This document shows, piece after piece, positions 57,839 to 64,000 of a stretch of 64,000 nucleotides of DNA. Position 1 is the first letter of the stretch; every line of letters starts with the position of its first letter. The notes under the pieces are model-generated. The model did no database searches. It was not told the DNA's origin and saw only the letters and a list, made by a program, of their open reading frames with translations. The translations under genes were made by a program, and so were the position numbers. Source of the stretch: Candidatus Latescibacterota bacterium (GTDB lineage: Bacteria > Latescibacterota > UBA2968 > UBA8231); NCBI GenBank assembly GCA_965242865.1, contig CBDETK010000013.1, positions 1,216,001 to 1,280,000 of the forward strand. Direction: 5' to 3'.

Positions 57839-59803
57839 ATGAAACGAGGGGGGGGGGGGGGAATTGCCTTCCTCGCCATCTTGGGCACCGCCCACATCCT
57901 CGTCCGCACCGCCCCCTCCGGAGCACTGCGCGGTGCCGACTCCATGAAATTCCTATACACCGCCATGAACTTCCTCGCGGGAGAAGGCTGGCAGGATTTC
58001 ATGGGCCTCCCGCTGACAGGATGGCCGCCCTTGTTCCCTCTGCTGCTGGCGGCCAGTGCCTGGGTTGGCATTGAGCCGGTGGAGGCGGGTCGGTGGATCA
58101 ACGCCACCGCCTTCGGGCTGACCATCCTCGCCGCGGGATGCTGGCTGTGCACGAATCTCCGGTCGCGGTGGCTGGTGCTGGCCACCACCGCGGTCGCGGC
58201 CTCCCTGCCCTTGAGCTATGAAGCGTCACGCTTCATTACCGAGCCCCTCTTCGTCCTGTTTACGCTCCTCGCCTTGATGCACTTGGCGTCCTTCCTCCAC
58301 CGGCGGACGGACGCGCCCCTGTGGTGGGCGGCGGGTTTCACCGCGCTGGCCGCGCTGACCCGCTATCCGGGCGTGGTGCTAATCGGCACCGGCGTCCTGC
58401 TGCTGCTGCCCCGCGCCCGGCTCAAGCAGACCCTCGGCTTTGGCGCGATCTCGTCCCTGCCCTTGCTGGCGGTATTGGTGCATAATTGGGCGGTCTCCGA
58501 GACCCTGACCGGGAGACCTACGAAGACCTCGGGACAGTCCCTATCCGCTGGGCTGAGCCAGATCGTTGATGTATTCAGTGAGTGGGTCGTCCCTCCGAAC
58601 GCACCGGATGGGGTGGCGTATCTGCTGTGGCTGGCGGTCGGGTTGGTCGGGCTGGCCGGCGCGGCGGTCGTCCTGCACCGGTCGCCAGCCGGACCCAGGG
58701 CCGCGCCGGCGTATTTCCGCTTGGAGCCGGCTATCCCATTCGGGGTATTCGCCGTAGCCTACTCCGTATCTCTGGTCGCTGTCGTGCCCTTCACGGTAAC
58801 TCAGATCGTCGACAGCCGCTACCTGCTGCCGGTGTATGTGCCGCTGCTATTGACGGCGGTGTTGCTGTTGGACCGGTTCCTGTCCATCGAGATGTGGGTC
58901 GGAGGGGTTGCCATCCGGTACGGTCTGGCGTCCCTCGTCTTGCTGGCGTCCCTCGCCCACACCGGCTTCTCAGCGCGAAGAAACCTCCAAATTACCGCCA
59001 GAATATTGGAAGGCGGGTGGGTTCCTCGCACTCCCTCGCAGGCAACTCATGCCTCTTGGCCACATTCCGATTGGCAATATTCCGAGACCCTGATGTACTT
59101 TAGGACCAACCGCATGGATGGCAGGATTTACACCAACGACATCGGATTCCTCGCTTGGTCTGAGGATTGGCTCACCGCCCCAGGAGAGTACCGAAAGTAC
59201 CGACAAATCCCGCGCGGGAAGCCAAACAGGAAGGGATGGACCGAGATCGAGGCCGGAGCCTATATCGTTTGGTTTGACAGAGCCCATGATCCAGTTCATT
59301 ATCGCTACGATGCCCTTGATTACCGTCTCCTGCCTGGCGTGGAAACCGTGGCCGAACTGGCCGACGGCGTGGTCCTCCGCGTACTCCGCCAAACGACAGC
59401 CGAACCCTTCGAGACACAAAGGCATCGCGCCCGCAAACAACGCTACATCAACCAACTCATCCAACAGGCTAACGAGCGAGTAGAGCGCGCTGGCTGGACC
59501 GTGTACCGCACCGGACGCAAGCTGACCTACTTCAAAAAGCCGTGTACCCGCGCCGATGTGCAGGCCAAGTTCGTCTTGCACGTCACCCCCGCCGATTTGG
59601 CCGACCTGCTCGCCCACCGTCAGCGATACGGCTTTGACAATCTCGACTTCTATTTCGACCGGCACGACGTCCGGCTCTACAACGAGTGTGTGGAGGTCAT
59701 CCGCCTCCCCCCTTACCCCATCGACCGTATCCGGGTCGGCCAGTGGATTTCCGCCGAGAACCGCACCCTCTGGGACGCAGAATTTGCGGGGGCCGGGGAT
59801 TGA
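57839..59803 (+). CDS. GT-C glycosyltransferase paralog 6; 5' G14 tract in frame
   Basis: ATG AAA CGA G14 AATTGCC reads MKRGGGGGIAFLAILG. All family motifs present. Confidence 0.75.
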   Translation: MKRGGGGGIAFLAILGTAHILVRTAPSGALRGADSMKFLYTAMNFLAGEGWQDFMGLPLTGWPPLFPLLLAASAWVGIEPVEAGRWINATAFGLTILAAGCWLCTNLRSRWLVLATTAVAASLPLSYEASRFITEPLFVLFTLLALMHLASFLHRRTDAPLWWAAGFTALAALTRYPGVVLIGTGVLLLLPRARLKQTLGFGAISSLPLLAVLVHNWAVSETLTGRPTKTSGQSLSAGLSQIVDVFSEWVVPPNAPDGVAYLLWLAVGLVGLAGAAVVLHRSPAGPRAAPAYFRLEPAIPFGVFAVAYSVSLVAVVPFTVTQIVDSRYLLPVYVPLLLTAVLLLDRFLSIEMWVGGVAIRYGLASLVLLASLAHTGFSARRNLQITARILEGGWVPRTPSQATHASWPHSDWQYSETLMYFRTNRMDGRIYTNDIGFLAWSEDWLTAPGEYRKYRQIPRGKPNRKGWTEIEAGAYIVWFDRAHDPVHYRYDALDYRLLPGVETVAELADGVVLRVLRQTTAEPFETQRHRARKQRYINQLIQQANERVERAGWTVYRTGRKLTYFKKPCTRADVQAKFVLHVTPADLADLLAHRQRYGFDNLDFYFDRHDVRLYNECVEVIRLPPYPIDRIRVGQWISAENRTLWDAEFAGAGD

Positions 59804-59806
59804 ACG

Positions 59807-61819
59807 ATGAAGTCCTCCGCCATCGAGCGGCTCACCCGGTTCGGACGCGACCCCTTCATGCTGCTTACCGCCTTGATCGCCGGGCTGGGCACTGCCCACA
59901 TCCTCGTCCGCACCGCCACCTACGGAGCGAAGACCACCTACGACTCCGTATATTTCCTGTACACGGCCCTGAATTTCCTCACCGGAGAGGGCTGGCGGGA
60001 TCTCTCAGACACCCCGCTGGTCGTATGGCCGCCCTTGTTTCCCCTGCTGCTAGCGGCCGGTGGCTGGGTTCGCATCGATCCGGTGGAGGCGGGTCGGTTT
60101 ATCAACGCCACCGCCTTCGGGCTGACCATCCTCGCCGCCGGGTGCTGGCTGCGCTCAAATCTCCGGTTGCAGTGGCTGGCACTGGCCGCCACCGCGACCA
60201 TCGCGGCGTCCTTGCCTTTGAGCCATTTCGCGTCGTGGATCAAGACCGACTTCCTCTTCGTCCTGTTGACGCTCCTCGCCTTGGTCCAGTTGGCGGCCTT
60301 CCTGCATCGCGGCGGGCGGACGCTGCTGCTGCTGGGCGCGGTTTGCACCGCGCTGGCCGCGGTGACCCGCTATCCGGGCGTGGTCTTGATAGGCGTCGGC
60401 GTCCTCATACTGCTGGGGCGGCGCACCCCGCCGCTGGCCGCCCGGTTGAAAGACGCCGTCGCATTTGGGGCTGTCTCATCCTTGCCCCTCTCCGGAGTGC
60501 TGATGTACAACTGGACGGTCTCCGGCACCCTGACCGGGGGGAGAAGCGGGGCGGGGCAGTCCCTGTCCGCTGGGCTGAACCAAGTGGCGGATGTATTCAG
60601 GGAGTGGGTGATTCCCCCGAATGTGCCAGACGGGTTTGGCTATCTCCTGTGGACCGCGGCTGGGCTGGTTGTAGCAGCGGGGGTGGTCGTCGTGGTGGTC
60701 GGTCGCGGCTTAGGCCTGGGAGGAAAGAATCGGCCGGCGTCGCCGTTCTTAGGGTTGGGGCCGGCACTCCCATTCGGGGGGTTCGCCGTAGCTTACCTCG
60801 GATTCATGGTCGCCATCGTGCCCTTCACGGTTTATCAGGGCATCGACAGCCGCTACCTGCTGCCGGTCTATGTCCCGCTGCTGTTGACGGTCGTGTTCTT
60901 GCTGGATCGGTTCCTGTCCATCGAGGCGACAGGTCGGATAGCCGCGGTCCGGTCCGGTCTGGCGTCCCTCGTCCTGCTGGCCGCCCTCGCCCACACCGGC
61001 TTCTCGGCGCACAGAAACCTCCGCATTACCGCCGCAGCTTATGTAGCCGGGTTCGAAAGCTGGACGCTCAATGGCTCCTACTGGGAACCTTCCGAGACCC
61101 TGAAGTACATCAGAACCCGCCTTAGCGATGGCAGGATTTTCAGCAACAACCCCCACCTTGCTTGGTTTTGGGATCGGACCGCCGCCCTCGGAAAGCACCG
61201 GGGGCTCCCGGGCAGGCTTCACAAGGTGATACCGCGCATAATGCGGAGTACCGAGGGCGACGGCGCACATATCGTTTGGCTCCATAATGAAAAACCAGGC
61301 TCTCTTCACGACGACGACCGGCACTACTACGATGCTCTGGACATCCGCTGCCTGCCCGGCGTGGAACCCGTGGCCGAGCTATCCGACGGGGTGGTGTTCC
61401 GCGTAACGGCGGCGACCGAACCGTTCGATGCGGACCGGCATCGCGCCCGGAGACAACGCTACTTAGACCAACTCCTCGAACCGGCCGGCGAGCGGGTGGT
61501 CCGCGCCGACTGGGACGTGTACCGCAACGGACGCAAGCTGACCTATCTCAAAAAGCCATGTACACCAGCCGATGTGCAGGCCAAGTTCGTTTTGCGCGTC
61601 ATCCCGGCCGACCCAGCCGATCTGCCAGCCTCCCGCCAGCGGTACGGCTTTGACAACCTCGGCTTCTATTTCGACCGGCGCGGCTTCCGGCACGGCGACC
61701 AGTGTATGGCGACCGTTCATCTACCCACCTACGCCATCGGCCACATCCGGGTCGGTCAGTGGATTTCCGCCGAGAACCGCACCCTCTGGGAAGCGGAGTT
61801 TGCGGGGGCCGGGGATTGA
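59807..61819 (+). CDS. GT-C glycosyltransferase paralog 7
   Basis: Starts 3 nt after the paralog 6 stop. All family motifs present. Confidence 0.75.
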   Translation: MKSSAIERLTRFGRDPFMLLTALIAGLGTAHILVRTATYGAKTTYDSVYFLYTALNFLTGEGWRDLSDTPLVVWPPLFPLLLAAGGWVRIDPVEAGRFINATAFGLTILAAGCWLRSNLRLQWLALAATATIAASLPLSHFASWIKTDFLFVLLTLLALVQLAAFLHRGGRTLLLLGAVCTALAAVTRYPGVVLIGVGVLILLGRRTPPLAARLKDAVAFGAVSSLPLSGVLMYNWTVSGTLTGGRSGAGQSLSAGLNQVADVFREWVIPPNVPDGFGYLLWTAAGLVVAAGVVVVVVGRGLGLGGKNRPASPFLGLGPALPFGGFAVAYLGFMVAIVPFTVYQGIDSRYLLPVYVPLLLTVVFLLDRFLSIEATGRIAAVRSGLASLVLLAALAHTGFSAHRNLRITAAAYVAGFESWTLNGSYWEPSETLKYIRTRLSDGRIFSNNPHLAWFWDRTAALGKHRGLPGRLHKVIPRIMRSTEGDGAHIVWLHNEKPGSLHDDDRHYYDALDIRCLPGVEPVAELSDGVVFRVTAATEPFDADRHRARRQRYLDQLLEPAGERVVRADWDVYRNGRKLTYLKKPCTPADVQAKFVLRVIPADPADLPASRQRYGFDNLGFYFDRRGFRHGDQCMATVHLPTYAIGHIRVGQWISAENRTLWEAEFAGAGD

Positions 61820-61996
61820 CCCTCTTTTGGGGACACCCCTATCTTTAGACAGGGCGGCGAAAATAGGTTGTACCTCCGTAGCCCCGGCACGGGCAGGCTC
61901 GGATGCGGATGGCACTAGACTAAGAATAATAACATAAGTGATTGTTTTTACTGAATTTATGATGGGGAGGGGGGGGGGAGATTTACCCTCTCCACG

Positions 61997-64000
61997 GTGA
62001 AGTCCTCCGCATTCGAGCGGCTCGCCCGGTTCGGGCGCGACCCCTTCATGCTGCTCATCGTCGTCCTCGCCGGGCTAGGCACCGCCCACATCCTCGTCCG
62101 CACCGCCGCCTATGGTGGGGGAGGCCACTACGACTCCGTGCGCTTCCTGTCCACAGCCATGAACTTCCTCGCCGGCGAGGGCTGGCGGGATTTCAGGGGC
62201 GAACCGATGACGCAGTGGCCGCCTTTGTTCCCTCTGCTGCTGGCGGCTCTCGGTTGGGTGGGCATCGAGCCGCAGGCGGCGGGTCGGTTTATCAACGCCA
62301 CGGCCTTTGGGCTGACTATCCTCGCCGCGGGCTGCTGGCTACGCTCAAATCTCCGGTCGCAGTGGCTGGCAGTGGTCGCCACCGCGACCATCGCGGCTTC
62401 CCTGCCCTTGAGCAAACTCGCGTCCTACTTCTTTAACGACTCCCTCTTCGTCCTGTTTACGCTCCTCGCCTTGATGCACTTGGCGTCCTTCCTCCATCGG
62501 CGGACGACCGCGCCCCTGTGGTGGGCGGCGGGTTTCACCGCGCTGGCCGCGCTGACCCGCTATCCGGGCGTGGCCCTGATCGGCGTCGGCGTCCTGCTGC
62601 TGCTGCCCCGCGCCCGGCTCAAGCAGACCCTCGGCTTTGGCGCGATCTCGTCCCTGCCCTTGCTGGGAGTATTGGCGCACAACTGGGCGGTCACCGGGCA
62701 CCTGACCCGGGCAACAAGGAACACCCTATCGGCTGGGATGAGCCAGACCGTCAAGGTGTTCGGCGAGTGGATCGTCCGGGCAACAGGGAACAGAACAAAT
62801 GCTACCGGGCAGTCCCTATCCGAGGGACTAAGCCAGACTGTCAATGTGTTTCGCGAGTGGGTCGTCCCCGCGAACGCGCCGGATGGGGTGGCGTATCTGC
62901 TGTGGCTGGCGGTCGCCGCAGTCGGGCTGGCCGGTGCCGCGGTCGTCCTGCACACCACCCGAATGCGAAGCGACGACAGCGGGAGAGCCCACGCATCGTA
63001 TTTCCATTTAGGGCCGGTTATCCCTTTCGGGGTGTTCGCCCTAGCCTATCCCGTATTCATGGTCGCTGTCGTGCCCTTAACGATTGATCAAGGCATCGAC
63101 AGCCGCTACCTGCTGCCGGTGTATGTGCCCCCGCTATTGGCGGCGGTGTTCCTGCTGGACCGGTTCCTGTCCATTGAGGCGGCAGGCTGGAGGGTTGCCG
63201 TCCGGTACGGTCTGGCGTCCCTCATCCTGCTCGGTGCCCTCGCCCACACCGGCTTATCGGCGCACAGAAACCTCCGTATTACCGCCAGAGCATTGGAAGA
63301 CGGGTACTTAGGGTTCTGGGCGGACAATACCTTTTGGCAACCTTCCGAGACCCTGAATTACATTAGGACCAACCACATGGACGGCAGGATTTACAGCAAC
63401 GATCCCTTCCTCGCTTGGTCTGAGGAGAAGATCGCCGCCCCGGGCAAGTACCGAATGATCCCGCACGGGAAGTCAAAGCAGAAGGGATGGACCGAGATCG
63501 AGGCCGGAGCCTATATCGTTTGGTTTGACAGACTCCATAATCCAAGGGGGCTTCGCTACGACTCCTTTGACTTCCGTCTGCTGCCCGACGTGGAAACCGT
63601 GGCCGAACTGGCCGACGGCGTGGTACTCCGCGTACTCCGCCGAACAACAGTCGGATCCCTCGATATACAAAGGCACGCCCGCAAACAACGCTACGTGGAC
63701 CAACTCATCCAACAGGCCAGCCAGCGAGTCGAGCGCGCCGGCTGGACCGTGTGCCGCACCGGACGCAAGCTGACCTACTTCAAAAACCCGTGTACCCTCG
63801 CCGACGTGCAGGCCAAGTTCGTCTTGCACGTCACCCCCGCCGACTTGGCCGACCTGCCCGCCTACCGCCAGCGATACGGCTTTGACAATCTCGACTTCTA
63901 TTTTGACCGGAGCGATGTCCGACGCGATAACCCGTGTGTGGAGATCATCCGACTCCCCGCTTACCCCATCGGTCGCATCCGAGTCGGTCAGTGGATTTCC
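61997..64000 (+). CDS. GT-C glycosyltransferase paralog 8 (runs off window end); G10 tract upstream
   Basis: GTG AAG TCC TCC GCA TTC GAG CGG. The same frame is kept at 63602 and 63962. Missed by the ORF track because there is no stop in the window. Confidence 0.75.
   Translation, partial: MKSSAFERLARFGRDPFMLLIVVLAGLGTAHILVRTAAYGGGGHYDSVRFLSTAMNFLAGEGWRDFRGEPMTQWPPLFPLLLAALGWVGIEPQAAGRFINATAFGLTILAAGCWLRSNLRSQWLAVVATATIAASLPLSKLASYFFNDSLFVLFTLLALMHLASFLHRRTTAPLWWAAGFTALAALTRYPGVALIGVGVLLLLPRARLKQTLGFGAISSLPLLGVLAHNWAVTGHLTRATRNTLSAGMSQTVKVFGEWIVRATGNRTNATGQSLSEGLSQTVNVFREWVVPANAPDGVAYLLWLAVAAVGLAGAAVVLHTTRMRSDDSGRAHASYFHLGPVIPFGVFALAYPVFMVAVVPLTIDQGIDSRYLLPVYVPPLLAAVFLLDRFLSIEAAGWRVAVRYGLASLILLGALAHTGLSAHRNLRITARALEDGYLGFWADNTFWQPSETLNYIRTNHMDGRIYSNDPFLAWSEEKIAAPGKYRMIPHGKSKQKGWTEIEAGAYIVWFDRLHNPRGLRYDSFDFRLLPDVETVAELADGVVLRVLRRTTVGSLDIQRHARKQRYVDQLIQQASQRVERAGWTVCRTGRKLTYFKNPCTLADVQAKFVLHVTPADLADLPAYRQRYGFDNLDFYFDRSDVRRDNPCVEIIRLPAYPIGRIRVGQWIS

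Noticed and set aside
635-63829. Numerous antisense and alternative-frame ORFs in the track
   Set aside because: These are expected shadows in high-GC DNA; they overlap well-supported genes and lack motifs.
33675-64000. Diversity-generating retroelement as the source of GT variation
   Set aside because: There is no reverse transcriptase or TR/VR pair in the window. Variation is not adenine-specific (third-position A is conserved) and includes indels.

Overview
High-GC bacterial chromosome segment in two halves. Positions 1-33.4 kb are mostly minus-strand housekeeping genes: a DpnA-like DNA methyltransferase cut by the window edge, a DegT aminotransferase, an orphaned Phd antitoxin beside an IS scar, an ankyrin-repeat lipoprotein, a MauE-like protein, glnE-glnB-kptA-purE, a reduced dcw cluster (mraZ rsmH ftsL ftsI murE murF ftsW murC ftsQ ftsA ftsZ, with no mraY/murD/murG/murB/ddl), trmB, moeB-iscS-iscA-cysK, a YyaL-like protein, an orphan N6-methyltransferase, ssb and a thiolase. 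tRNA-Ala(TGC) at 33451 marks the start of a ~30 kb plastic region. That region is dominated by at least eight paralogous GT-C-type (ArnT/PMT-like) membrane glycosyltransferase genes, plus one deleted remnant and one distant relative. The paralogs have conserved TM scaffolds, hypervariable active-site loops, duplicated extracytoplasmic domains and 5' poly-G tracts (one in frame, two out of frame). Three length-variable coiled-coil genes and a small defence-like insert (AAA/DUF4143, Rpn with an internal start, a PD-(D/E)XK protein) are interspersed. The most notable candidates are this possibly phase-variable, diversifying surface-glycosylation array and a large structured RNA element embedded in the murF coding sequence. 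A host-associated (e.g. sponge symbiont) lifestyle is a guess only. All family assignments come from motif recognition by eye, not database searches.
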